64,000 bases of DNA, taken from positions 15,500,001-15,564,000 of the forward strand of contig OX597817.1 of NCBI GenBank assembly GCA_951406725.2, in the 5' to 3' direction. Of this stretch, positions 36,561 to 48,532 are shown in pieces. Within the stretch, counting starts at the first letter, position 1. Every line of letters begins with the position of its first letter. Both the position numbers and the translations under genes were made by a program. This DNA comes from Octopus vulgaris. Lineage: Eukaryota. The notes below the pieces were generated by a model that was given only the letters and a program-made list of their open reading frames with translations, searched no databases and was not told the DNA's origin.

Positions 36561-36899
36561 GCTGTAAGAACATCTTTGAAAAGCACAGGCATCTGTATGT
36601 GTGTATTTTGATCAATTAATCCTTCCTTTTCTTTTTAACCCTAAAAAGTAACATGTTTACATAATCCATTTACAAATATTTTCTCCTTGTAACTTCTGTG
36701 TACCCACAACCACATCTTCATCCTCTTTACTATCTCCTCTCACCCTACTCACTCTCCATTCCCTCTTTAGTTCCTCTCCTTTCCCACCTCTCCCTCTCTC
36801 TCTTCTTTCTGTTTCTAATGAACATAGCCACATATCTCCTGGAAAACACCCATTTCTGTCCTATTTATGCTTTAACCTCTCAACCCCTGGCACAAGGCC

Positions 36900-37147
36900 A
36901 CCTCCCTCAATACTACAGCCCTCATTTGAAGGATTTTGTCTTGCAAGTTACTTGGTACCTACCACATAAAAGGCACCCAGTACACTCTGCAAAGTGGTTG
37001 GAGTTAGGAAGGGTGTCCAGCCATAGGCACCATACCAAAGCAGACAGCAGAGCCTTGGTGCAGTCTTTTGACTTGCCATCTCCTGTTAAACCATCCAACA
37101 CATGCCAACATGGAAGGAGAACATTAAATGATGATGATAATGATGAA
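36900..37147 (+). mobile_element. Old RTE-tailed repeat fragment
   Basis: GGAGTTAGGAAGGGTGTCCAG..CATGGAAGG..AAATGATGAT. Confidence 0.65.
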
Positions 37148-37379
37148 TAGTAGAACTGCAACAATATCTATAGTAGCAGTGGTAGTGGTGGTAGTAGAAG
37201 TTGTGAAAAAAGCCATTTGCTATAATTTTAGATGTTAAGTTGAAGAATGGGAATAGATTTTAATTAGGTAATTTTACAACCTAATATCTATTCATGTTTA
37301 GAATAACTTCTCTCCATATTTAAATACCTGACGAATAAATCAGAGCTGGAATCGTGTAAGTAACAAATTATAATACACA

Positions 37380-37878
37380 TCAGATGTGGTGTGCAAGAGA
37401 GAAGACTGTGCTGGTATGTTCATATGATGCATAGGGACAAGGACAGCTGTATAAAGAAGTTCCAATCTCTTATTGTGGAGACAACATATGGAAGAGGTAG
37501 ACTCAGGAAGATGTGAGACAAGGGGATCTTTGGATTGTTGAGTTTCAGGGATGCAATGACAAGTGACTGGAACTTCTGGTGATTTGTTGTGCTTGAGAAG
37601 ATATGGTCAAGCTAAGTGAAATTGTGGTTGTGGTCAGTGCTGGTGACATGTAAAAGGCACCCATGTTGGTGACATGTAAAAGGCACCCATGTTGGTGACA
37701 TGTAAAAGACAACCTGTACATTCTGTAGAGTGCTTGGCGTTAGGAAGGGCATCCAGTCCTAGAAACCAAGCCAAAACAGACTGGAGTCTGGTGCATCTCT
37801 CTGATGTACCAGTTCTAGTGAAACCATCTAACCCATGCCAGCATGGAAAACAAATGTGAAATGATGATGATGATGATC
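37380..37878 (+). mobile_element. RTE LINE 3' fragment with a 26-bp triple repeat (about 37640-37710)
   Basis: ORF-end remnant homologous to 49120-49350 (reverse), TGGTGACATGTAAAAGGCACCCATGT three times, GAT tail. Confidence 0.7.
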
Positions 37879-38297
37879 ATGAAATATCCTCTAAACTATC
37901 AAGAGGAATTACACAGTTTGTTTGTTGTTTAGTGAATGACAGAGATCCGGTCTGCGTAAGTGGATTGGCCTTGAAATAAGAGAACATACTTGCTTTCGTT
38001 GTCATTTAGCGCCAGATCATTCTTGATATGGCAGTCTGACCTATGATGAGAAGTACCTCAGATGTAATTATACTGTCATTCATTTCAGATAGTGTATCTA
38101 AAGATAACTTTATGCAATGTGCCCTTCCTATTCTTAAAACAGCAAAATATGATTTGGCTGCTATTTAAGGTAGGGGCTACCAAACAGAGGCTTTCTCAAT
38201 GGTTTGTAAAAGGGCAAAGTTTTTGAGTATAGTTGCAAGCTATTTTAGTTTTTATGTTAATAGTGTTTCAATACATGTATGTATGCATGTATGTATG

Positions 38298-38382
<85 letters not shown>

Positions 38383-38666
38383 GATCAGCAACAATTTAGA
38401 TTCAAATGAATATGGTACTTAATTTAGATGCGCCAGAATTTTGTATGGTGTTACCCATAAAAATTTGCGGGGTGATTATAATCAAAAATAAGCAACAAGA
38501 ATGATTCCGGTAATTTAGTACAATTGTTTCATACTACAACATTTTATTTAAAAGCTGTAAATATTACAGCAGATTTAAGATGCTGAGTACTCTTCAGCTA
38601 ATTTATATAGGTTTTCCAATAATATAAAAGCTTTCAAATCAAGTAATAACATTTTAGGGAAGGTAA

Positions 38667-38726
<60 letters not shown>

Positions 38727-38868
38727 GTATGTACTTAAGCATATGTATGTGTGTGCATTTAGGTATGTGTGTGTGTGTATGCATGTCTGAATATATATAT
38801 ATGTGTATTTTTGCCATAATGTCTTGCTTTATCATTTGTTCAATATGCTATATATAATTATTTTAAAG

Positions 38869-38940
38869 GTGCTCGATTTGACTGACTCCAGTGTATCGAA
38901 AAATACTGACTCACCTTCAGTCAACAAGAATCAAATACGA
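38869..38940 (+). CDS. CCDC13: CCDC13 exon (VLDLTDSSVSKNTDSPSVNKNQIR)
   Basis: aaag| and |gtaagt, 72 nt, phase 0-0; NQIR+GLKDENGRL aligns to human NELRETVDENGRL. Confidence 0.75.
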
Positions 38941-39201
38941 GTAAGTAGTTACATATATAATTTGTTACAGTGGGAATAAACTTCAGATATCTTGGAGTGA
39001 GGGGGAGACATAGTACTGTAAGAGAATAGAATTTGCTTCAGGTAGGAATGATAGTGGATAGGTGTTACCAAGAATTTTTAATTTACAATAAGGCACAGCA
39101 TTGATTTTCCAGAGCCTTTGGTTCCAAAGCTATTTCAGAATACAAATTTTTCTGAACCAGCAATGGTCACACTAAATTAAACAAATATTAAATTTACTTA
39201 A

Positions 39202-39763
39202 CACTTTAGCATTCACATTACTCTTATCAAGTTTAGGGCTTACTTATTCACATTGTTTTGAACTAACTATGAATTATCTTGCAGCTTTCAGATTTCAATG
39301 ATTGCGTCGCCTTACTGGCACTTGTGCTGGTGGCACGTGAAAAAACATTCGAGCGAAGTTGTTGCCAGTGCCGCTGGACTGGCTCTTGTGCGGGTGGCGC
39401 ATAAAAGGCACCATTTGGGCGTGGCTGCTGCCACTACCACCTAACTGGCCCTCATGCTGGTGGCACGTAAAAGCACCCACCACACTCTCAGAGTGGTTGG
39501 TGTTAGGAAGGGCATCCAGCTGTAGAAACTCTGCCAGATCAGATTGGAGCCTGGTGCAGCCATCTGGCTCACCAGTCCTCAGTCAAACCATCTAACCCAT
39601 TCCAGCATGAAAAGTGGATGTTAAACGATGATGATGATGATGATGATTGTTTATTCTTAGAATGACAATGTAGGGTAGGTGTGAGAGGCTGGATCTAGTC
39701 AGTTTGAACAAAGAAACAGATAAAATATTTAAGCCAGATATGGACGGTTTGAATGCTAAAAGG
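39202..39763. mobile_element. piggyBac-type MITE with nested RTE 3' tail (about 39300-39647)
   Basis: TTAA-CACTTTAGCATTCA...TGAATGCTAAAAGG-TTAA. Confidence 0.75.
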
Positions 39764-39796
39764 TTAAATAATTAAATGAAATACAGATACTGGTAC

Positions 39797-40085
39797 ATAT
39801 GGCCTAGTGGTTAGAATGTTGCACGCACAATCACAAGATCGTGGTTTCAATCCCTAGACCAGGTGATGCATTGTGTTCTTGAGCAAAACACTTCATCTCA
39901 CGTTGTTCTGCAATCACTTTGATACTCGATGCGTGGTGCACTATGCTCCTGTTCAGACAACATCAATATGATGGAGAGAGTGAGCTAACATGCAGCACAA
40001 AAATTTGATCACTATAAACAAATCATTGTGCAGGTCATTCAGCAACGGAACTGAACACATATGTCATCTTCAATGGGAGAGAATA
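39797..40085 (+). mobile_element. tRNA-derived SINE (third family)
   Basis: TGGCCTAGTGG A-box, GGTTTCAATCCC B-box. Confidence 0.75.
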
Positions 40086-40142
40086 GATGATACAAGTTTA
40101 TTTATACTGTACTGTGTAAAGCACCAGTCCTTGTAAGGTACC

Positions 40143-40303
40143 TATTTCTTTACTACCCACAAGGGGCTAAACAGAGAGGACGAACAAGGACAGACAAACG
40201 GATTAAGTCGATTATATCGACCCCAGTGCGTAACTGTACTTATTTAATCGACCCCGAAAGGATGAAAAGCAAAGTCGACCTTGGCGGAATTTGAACTCAG
40301 AAC
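40143..40303 (-). mobile_element. Truncated Nin/Deu-like SINE
   Basis: TSD GTAAGGTACC. Confidence 0.85.
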
Positions 40304-40698
40304 GTAAGGTACCAGTAAAGTAGTCTGGTGGCTGTGGAAAACTGAAGTTCCTGCTTGTAAATTAGAGTGGATTATAAGAGATTTCAGACCATCAGTGCCT
40401 GGATAGTCAGTGTTTTACCAATATTGGAGTTTATATTTACCAGAAACCTTCAATCAGATAAACATAACCTGTGGCTTTCCAGATTGCTACTCTTAAACAT
40501 GACATACAAGGGTGTGCTGAAAAGTGATGTGTGAGTCTTTTGATGAACTGCATACTGACACTCATCCTAATCCTTTGTCACCCTCGCCATGAGGTTCAAG
40601 GCCCTCCTTCCACAAATATGCCTCAGATTATAAAGTTTTTTTTTTTTTAAACTTGAATGAATGCATATGCATTTATTTATTTTTATCTTTATTCTTAG

Positions 40699-40804
40699 GG
40701 TTTGAAAGATGAAAATGGGAGGCTCAGTCAATTGCTGAGGGAAAAAGAATTTGAAATACGACAACTTCAGAAAGGACTTTCAACACAGAGTGATAGCATA
40801 AAAT
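40699..40804 (+). CDS. CCDC13: CCDC13 exon (GLKDENGRLSQLLREKEFEIRQLQKGLSTQSDSIK)
   Basis: ttag| and |gtaagt, phase 0-1; matches the CCDC13 motif DENGRLYKLLKERDFEI. Confidence 0.9.
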
Positions 40805-40854
40805 GTAAGTTGGTTTATTAGTTTACTCTTTTGTAATAAACAAAGCAAAAGAAA

Positions 40855-41224
40855 ATGGCTGTGTGGTAAGAAGTTTACTTCCAAACCACATGGTTTCAGG
40901 TTCAGTCCCACTGCAAGGCATCTTGAGTAAGAGTCTTCTACCAAAGCCTTGTGAGTAGATTTGGAAGACAGAATCTGAAAGGAGCCCATTATGTAAGAGA
41001 CTCTGTATGTCTATATTCTCTATCTAAATTAAATGTCCTTTTCAAGCGATGCCAAACGTTTTGTTTTTTATTTTTACTTTAATCTACATCTACCTGCTCA
41101 AGGAAAAACCGTTTCTAGCCTTCTGTGGTAGGCAGTTTCAACACCACACTTTCAGTTGCAGTTCAAGCTGGAATTTTAGTAGTAAAACTAAAGTGTGTAT
41201 GTGTGTGTGTGTGTGTGTGTGTGC

Positions 41225-41261
<37 letters not shown>

Positions 41262-41541
41262 CGTGTGTGTGTGTGTATGTGTGTGTTTGTGTGTTACTGT
41301 CTCATTTCCTTGACATTGTGTGATAGTTGTAAATGAGTGCCACTGTCATGCAAGTGGTGTCTTTCATTTCCGATATTCTGTGGAAACATGTCTAGTCACA
41401 AGGAAGTAGTACCCTACTTACCTAGAAACAGATGAGGGTTGACAACAGGAAGGGCATCCAGCTGTAGAAAGTCTGTCCCAACAAATTCCATTGACATGTG
41501 CAAGCATGGAAAAGCGGACATTAAAAATGATGATGATATTC

Positions 41542-41570
<29 letters not shown>
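40855..41570 (+). mobile_element. SINE with CORE-like head, (TG)n hinge and RTE-type (GAT)n tail
   Basis: Head at 40855-40990; tail CAGGAAGGGCATCCAGCTGTAGAAA..GATGAT; reverse copy at 59959-60660. Confidence 0.6.
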
Positions 41571-41572
<2 letters not shown>

Positions 41573-41676
41573 ACTGATTTACTCTTCTACTTTGACAAGA
41601 CTTCTTTTTATTGATGCAGTAATCTAATAAAAAAACCTATCAGAATTATATTTACAAGAGAATATTTTACTTGTAG

Positions 41677-41816
41677 TGCCAGAATTTACAAACGATACTG
41701 CAGCTATGAAAATTGTCGAACTCTCCAAAAAACTGCGCAAGGCAGTGTCAGATCTGGAGGTTGAGAAAACAAAATCAAGATGTTTGGCAAAAAAGTATGA
41801 AGTACTGAAGCAGGAG
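41677..41816 (+). CDS. CCDC13: CCDC13 exon (LPEFTNDTAAMKIVELSKKLRKAVSDLEVEKTKSRCLAKKYEVLKQE)
   Basis: gtag| and |gtaatt, phase 1-0, compatible with the previous exon; KIVELSKK is a CCDC13 hallmark. Confidence 0.9.
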
Positions 41817-42148
41817 GTAATTATGAGAATATTAATGAATCTTGAATTTTAATGTATTATTTAAAATTTTATAGTAATTTTAATGTAAGATCAAATATAT
41901 AGTGCAAGTATTTATTGACAATAAACATACCTAAATATAAGAATATCTGTGTCACCACTGGATTTTACATCAAGAATTTTGCAAAACAAGTAGATAACTG
42001 TATATATAAGTATATATGTATAAAAAATATATATAAAAATACAAAATGGGACAAGAATGCAAAACACTCAAATAGACGACACAAAAAACAGACGGATCAT
42101 TCGAAGCCTCTAATCTTCAGTCAGGAACCGGATCATCCTCGCAATTTC

Positions 42149-42187
<39 letters not shown>

Positions 42188-42205
42188 TAGATAGATAGAT
42201 AGAAA

Positions 42206-43424
42206 AAAGATAGATATGGCTTGTCTATGGTGTTACCTTGGGTTTCATGTCCACAAAGTGCTTAACTTCACTGTGTTTCTTCAGACCCTAAAACCCGCTG
42301 GCCTATGGCCTCCCTAACAAGTGGCCTCTCTAGCAAATGGAAGAAGAAACAACTTCATTACTGTCAATAACAATCCATTGTCTCCCTTTGACCACCATTA
42401 ATTGACCCTATTGGTGTGTGGATCCCAGGATGCTAGCAGGAATTTCCTGAAGTGCAAGCAAGGTCTGAAGACTTCTGTCCTGGAGTTAAGGATGTTCCTC
42501 AGGTCGAGGAAGTTCTTTAATACCCTTGTCTGTTCAGCTATGCACAATTTATAACACTTGGTCCCATTCATATAGGGGCCTAGATTTTCTAGGATTTTCC
42601 ATGATATTACGTGTGGAGTTCCATCATCTTTCAGCTGCCATACATGGTTGGCTAAGGACATATCTTTTCTGGGATCCTGAAAGAGGATCTGTGCTTGGAG
42701 AGGCACTGTTTGAACATGTTACAAGAACATCCAGTGTATCTCCATTTGCAGGTGCTGGTGACTCTGTTTCTGTTGATGTAGATGCTGCTGCTGCCATTGT
42801 TGTTGGTGTTGTTAAAGCTGGCACCAACAATAGCAGCAATATCTACATCACCAGAAACAGAATCACCAACACCTGCACATAGAGATACATTGGATGTTCC
42901 AGTAACACGTTCAAATAGTGCCTCTCAAACCACAGATCCTCTTTCAGGATCCCGGAAAGGAGATATGCTATGTCCTTAGCCAGCCATGTATGGCAGCTGA
43001 AAGACAATGGAACTCCATGCATAACATCATGGAAGATCCTAGAAAATCCAGGCCCCTACAAAAATGAGACCAAGTGTTATAAACTGGGCATAGCCAAATA
43101 AATGAGGATATTAAAAGACTCCCTCAACCTGGGGAGCATCCTTAACTCTAGGATGGAGGTCTTTGGACCCTGCTTGTACTTTAGGAAATTCCTGCTAGCA
43201 TCCTATGATTCACACACCAACATGGTCAATTAATAGTGGTCAAAGGAAGACAATCCCTTGTTGACAGAGTAACAAAGTCTTTTCCTCCACCAATTTCTTG
43301 AGAGGCCACTTGCTAGAGAGATCATAGGCCAACAGTTTTTAGGGTCTGAAGAAATGCTATAAAGCTAAGTGCTTTATGGACGTGAAACCCAGGGGAACCA
43401 CATAGACCAGCCATATCTATCTTT
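42206..43424. mobile_element. Penelope-like element 3' ends (GIY-YIG C-terminus plus pLTR) arranged as a ~1.2-kb palindrome
   Basis: SLANHVWQLKD..ISWKIL..PY.NGTKCYKLC..ILNSRTEVFRPCLHFRKFLL matches PLE endonuclease C-termini; two inverted arms centred at about 42810. Confidence 0.85.
43341..43400 (+). ncRNA. Degenerate type I hammerhead-ribozyme-like motif (second copy on the minus strand at about 42228-42290)
   Basis: GGT-CTGAAGA-[ATAAAGC taagt GCTTTAT stem II]-GAAA-CCCAGGG-GA-ACC; the minus copy retains a GTA cleavage triplet. Confidence 0.5.
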
Positions 43425-43539
43425 ATGTATATACCCTACTGGTCTATAACTTAGAGTGTGCTTCTCTTTTGAATTTTTTTTACTGAAGGTATATATATAT
43501 ATATCATCATCATCATCTACTTTCCATGCTAGCATGGGT

Positions 43540-43575
<36 letters not shown>

Positions 43576-43875
43576 TAGTAGGGAATATAATTCCAAAAAC
43601 TTACAGGAAAAATTCAATTTAACAATTTTAAATCAAATTTCACAATATATAATATATGTATATAATTTAGAGAAAAACCTCTATGAAACAATTCACAAGT
43701 GAAAGATGTTATTCACACCATATAGAAAACATGTACTATAAAAAAAAAGACTTATTCTAAAAATCAATAAAGTACAATAAATTTACTATTTGTGTACTTT
43801 ATTGATGTTTAGAATAAGGTTTTTATAGTATATCTTTCATTATTGAATTGTTTAATAAAGGCTTTTTTCTAAATC

Positions 43876-43957
<82 letters not shown>

Positions 43958-44149
43958 ATATATGTTTATTTATTTATAATTTATATATATCTCTGTTAAG
44001 GGCAAGCAAGTAAGTACACAGGCATAGCCACATGCTAAATGAAGATGCCAAATGGCTCTAAACAAGAGGAAGAAATAAAGAATTTTAAAACTTAATGTTC
44101 TGTGCAAATTATTAAGTAACAAACAAGATTTTAATATAAAAGATCTAGA

Positions 44150-44620
44150 TGAGGTTAGCAAACTGGCAGAATCATTAGCCTGCCAGACAAAATGCTTAGT
44201 GGTATTTCATTTGTCTTTATGTTCTGAGTTCAAATTCAGCCGGGGTTGACTTGTCTTTGATCCTTTCAGGGTTGTTAACATAAGTACCAGTTAAGCACTG
44301 GAAGTTGATGTAATCAACTTAACTCCTCCCATGAAATTGAAACCAATATAAGGATATAGATAAGGTGGCCAGTTGAAACCAATTTTGCCACCTTATCTGT
44401 AAAGGATATAGATAAGGTGGCAAAATCGTTAGCACACCAGACAAAAAGCTTAGCAGCATTTGTTTTTACATTCAGTGTTCAAATTCTGCCAAGGTCAACA
44501 TTGTCTTTCATTCTTTTAGGGTTGATAAAATAAGTAACATTTGAAGTCTGAGGTTGATGCAATCAACTTACTCTTCCTGCAAAATTGCTAACCTCGTATC
44601 AAAATTTGAAACCAATATAT
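44150..44620 (+). mobile_element. Two old Nin/Deu-like SINE copies
   Basis: Degenerate consensus at about 44150-44350 and 44415-44620. Confidence 0.7.
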
Positions 44621-45128
44621 GATATAGACATTATAAACACCAGTTTGCAACAGATCAAAAAATAGTTGCAGGCCTGCGAATGAGACTCAAACCACATATC
44701 AGTTGTTTGCCAAGTGACTATGTTGCTGACTACATTATACAGTACAAATCCTTTCCTTCTCATTTGTTCATATTCTTGGCAGTTTTTGTTTTGTCTCATT
44801 GAAAACACTGTGCTGAATTTGGCTGCTTCACTCTATATTGAATGTTAATTAAACAGCTTATCTTGTGAACAAATGAGGTACTTATCGAGATAATGCTATA
44901 AAGTTAGAGAACTATCAGAAGCATAAATGACAAGGAAATGGTCAGAGGCTTTTAGTTGGATATTCCTTATTTATTTTATCTGAAACTGGTATCAGTGATC
45001 CTGTTTTGTTGACACAACCAAATGCATAAAACTATGAATAAGTGTTTTAAGAGTTTGTGATTTTCCTCAATCAGAATTTTGCTGTTGTAGTCTTTCTGTT
45101 ATTGTAACAAAAATGTTGTTCTTTTCAG

Positions 45129-45167
45129 GGAAAAGATATTACACAAGAACCCAAAGATATAACTGAT
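45129..45167 (+). CDS. CCDC13: CCDC13 39-nt micro-exon (GKDITQEPKDITD)
   Basis: cttttcag| and |gtgagt, phase 0-0; falls in the poorly conserved linker, so support is splice signals and frame only. Confidence 0.65.
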
Positions 45168-45439
45168 GTGAGTATTATTTAAAATTCAATAGTCAGACAT
45201 AAACATATGAGGGTTATACCAAAAGTAATGCAAAAGTGGGCATAACATTTCTATTAACTGACATTGGTTGTTGAAAATGCACATGTTGGTAGAGTAACTT
45301 TTCCTTTGTACAAAGATACTATTTGATACATTTGCCCCATTGTTTTGAACCTAACTCTCAAATCAGTTCAACATTGTATTCACCATTGAGGAGAATTCAT
45401 GGAAGAAGTGGGTGAACTAAGCCGTGATGTCCTTCTCCC

Positions 45440-45690
45440 AACTGGCAGAAACACGTGGGCGGGCAGCTGAAGACCTGGGTTACGACGATCAAGGAGGACC
45501 TCTCCGTGCTCACGGGACCACAGGTGATTGACCTGCGCCGATGGAACCGTGACCGGCTCGCTATCTCCAGTGAACTGGCGCAGGACCGTCATGTGTGGGC
45601 TGCCTTGGTTCGAGATGCCTCGAGGGTGGTAGAAGAAGCCGACTCAATCCACCCAGGGTGAATGTCACCACAAATACAAGTATAAGTAGT
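45440..45690 (+). mobile_element. LINE (RTE-like) ORF C-terminus with CAAGTA-type tail
   Basis: KTWVTTIKEDL..ELAQDRHVWAALVRD motif. Confidence 0.7.
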
Positions 45691-46077
45691 AACTCTCAAA
45701 TCCACTTTGAAAAATTTCAGACATACACTGTCTACACCTAATATTCCACTGCCACTTTCATTTCATCTGTGTCATTAAATTGTCCCTGAAGACTGTCCTT
45801 TATGGTACTGAAGAGGTGGAACTAGGAGAGCAACAAATCTATGCTGTATAATGGGTGGACGACTATTGAGCAGCCCAATTTGCCAACTGCCTGATTTGTT
45901 GCTAAGATATGTGTGGTCATGCACTGTCATGGTGAATGTGGATCGTTTTCAGATTCATGCTTGGTCTTGTAAAGGGAACTAGTTGCTTCTTTACACTTTT
46001 GGGGTGCAACTTGGGTGCAACACAATTTCCTTTCTTTAGATTCCAGAAACTACCAGTCATAAACAAGAACGCAACCT

Positions 46078-46443
46078 TAAAAATATATATACCTCTTTAT
46101 TTTCTTATTTACAAAAGAAGTTCGTTGGTATCTTGGTATCCACTTGGTTCGATATAGCAAGGCTGAATTTTAACATTTGTAAGGTTCTTACAACAAATTT
46201 GACAGCAACAGAACAGGTATTCAACAGCAACAGAGCAGGTCGTCACTGCGCTATTAAGGAAAACGCCCTAGTAACTGTCCCCTTCAGTCTCTAGCGCATG
46301 TGCATGAGGGAACTTTCCTATGCCTTTCCAGAAGGTTCTAGAAGGTTCCAACCCCGCACATGCGCACTGAAGAAAGACGTTCCGCACACGCACACTGAAG
46401 AATGACGTTCCATGTGCGCACACTGGAATATGACGTCACTACA
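46078..46443 (-). mobile_element. Probable solo LTR
   Basis: Minus strand begins TGTAGTGACGTCA, has short internal repeats and AATAAA near the other end; interrupts the mariner. Confidence 0.45.
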
Positions 46444-46774
46444 GTCTCTTCTGCCTAATGGTTCCTCTAAGCTGTTTGTGTGTCCTTAATATGTAACTTA
46501 CTATTCATGATAACAGCTATTTTCCAGAATATCAAAGAGAGTGACACCCTTGCCATCTCCAAAAAGCAGTTATGAATTTCTGTTCCAATTTCTGTCTCTT
46601 GAACATTTTTAGGTCTTAAAAGAAGAGGTGTAATGAGCTTTCATTTCTGGATCATAAGGATATGACCACATTTCGTCCTCAGCCATTAGAAAGGAAAAAA
46701 CAATGTGTCATTGGCTTCAAACACTCCCAGCAGATCCAAGCATTCCTCCACCTTTTCTCCTTCAAATTGAGTAT

Positions 46775-47190
46775 TCATCATCATCATCATCCTCGTTTAA
46801 CGTCCGCTTTCCATGCTGGCATGGGTTGGACGGTGCAACTGGGGTCTGGGAAGCCAGAAGACTGCACCAGGCCCAGTCTGATCTGGCAATGTTTCTACGG
46901 CTGGATGCCCTTCCTAACGCCAACCACTCTATGAGTGTAGTGGGTGCTTTTTACGTGCCACCTGCACAGGTGCCAGACAAGTCTGGCAAACGGCCACGGT
47001 CGGATGGTGCTTTTTACGTGCCACCGGCATGGAGGCCAGGCGAGGCTGGCAAACGGCCACGGTCGGATGGTGCTTTTTACGTGCCACCGGCACGGAAGCC
47101 AGTCAGGGCGGCACTGGCAACGGCCACGTTTGGATGGTTCTCTTATGTGCCACCAGCACTGATATCACAGCGACAATTCCATTCATGTTG
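46775..47190 (-). mobile_element. RTE-type LINE 3' end
   Basis: Reverse of the (GAT)n-tailed consensus. Confidence 0.85.
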
Positions 47191-47967
47191 ATCGATTTTG
47201 AGTATTAACTACTGAAATAGCCACTTTACACACCATTTCTTATACCCAAAGTCCTCCACTGTCTTCTGTAATGCATTGTAATCATGGTCTAGTTGTGCAT
47301 CACAGATTGTGACTCATCTTTTTGTGCAAATAAATTCATTCACTTGCTGGCAATTCATGTCAGTGGTTGCAGTCGATTGTCTCCCTCTGCACAGTTTGTC
47401 TTCAATGCTTGTTTCCCCTTCTTTAAACTTCATTCATCTGAACACATTGCTCTGTAAGCAATTTGTGGCCTTCTACAGATGCTGGAGAACCTACACCTCA
47501 TCCTTCATCAAGAACGCAATGACAGCATATTGCTTTTCTGCTTGGAACCCATTATTTCCATGCAATGAAGAAAAACAAGAAGAAGAGTTACTCTTCTGAT
47601 AAGCACTGTTTGAACTATATGTTTCTTAATGTAGTTATGACCTGCTTTTGCATTACTTCCAGTATAGTCCTTGTGTATGTGTGTGTCTGGTCCCTCATGA
47701 CAGCATGCATTTGAGCTCTTGCCCTTTGACCCAACAAAACATTGAGAATGTGACCGCTGGAAGGAAAGACAGAACTACATCAGGACTCAGCTAATACTCA
47801 TAATCAACTTTGTATGTTGGTTCAATAAAGACATAATATGCTGCCTGGTCCAAGAATGGAACTCACAACTTTTTACCTACCTATGGGAAGAGTGGATATG
47901 GGTAGATAAAATTGGCATCATCTATCTATTTTCTGAAATTTAATGTGTATATATGTCTACAGTTTAA

Positions 47968-48182
47968 CCTTTTGTTATCAACCTGGCAGAAATCGGCTCT
48001 GGCTTTGAGTACAAATGTCTTGTTTTCATAAGTTCTGAATTAAAATCTTCCACCAAACCTTAGTCACAATTTATGTTCCTAGCACTAGCTTAATGATAAC
48101 TAAGTTATTTTACTAAATTCTTTGTTATATTTAAAGTAACTGAAACACAGAACATCTCAAAATAAATACAATAACAAATGGG
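47968..48182. mobile_element. piggyBac-type MITE
   Basis: TTAA-CCTTTTGTTAT...ATAACAAATGGG-TTAA. Confidence 0.7.
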
Positions 48183-48532
48183 TTAATTACTGTAAAGTAA
48201 ATAGACTGAATACACTAGAGTTAATTAGGAAAAATGTAGCTAATTAGTATATAGATAAATTATAGAGATTTAAGAAAGTCTCCAAAGATAATTTAGTAGC
48301 GAGAATGAGTGAGAAAAATAAAAAAAGATAAATTAAACCGTTGATAAGCTATAATTACATTGGCAGTAATATTAATTGGATGAAGAAAAATAGAACATGA
48401 TAAATTAATAGAGGAATGGAAGTAACATATGGTTGGCCATATGTGACTTGTATGGGTATAATGATACATATATGCAAATTAAACCCTGCTAGGTAGTTCT
48501 AAGCTTTCAATTAGTAACCAAGTCATAAACAT

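Larger units (their letters stand above)
45208..47673 (-). mobile_element. Decayed mariner element with nested insertions
   Basis: TIR-like ends TGAGGGTTATACCAAAAGTAATGCAAAAG and CTTTTGCATTACTTCCAGTATAGTCCTTG; minus-strand remnants EDEMWSYPYDPEMK (about 46660) and HPLYSIDL..FHLFSTIKDSL (about 45830). Confidence 0.75.

Noticed and set aside
42090-42150. Additional hammerhead on the minus strand (CTGAAGA..CGAAT)
   Set aside because: GAAA core is absent and the stems are unconvincing; at most a truncated Penelope-type fragment.
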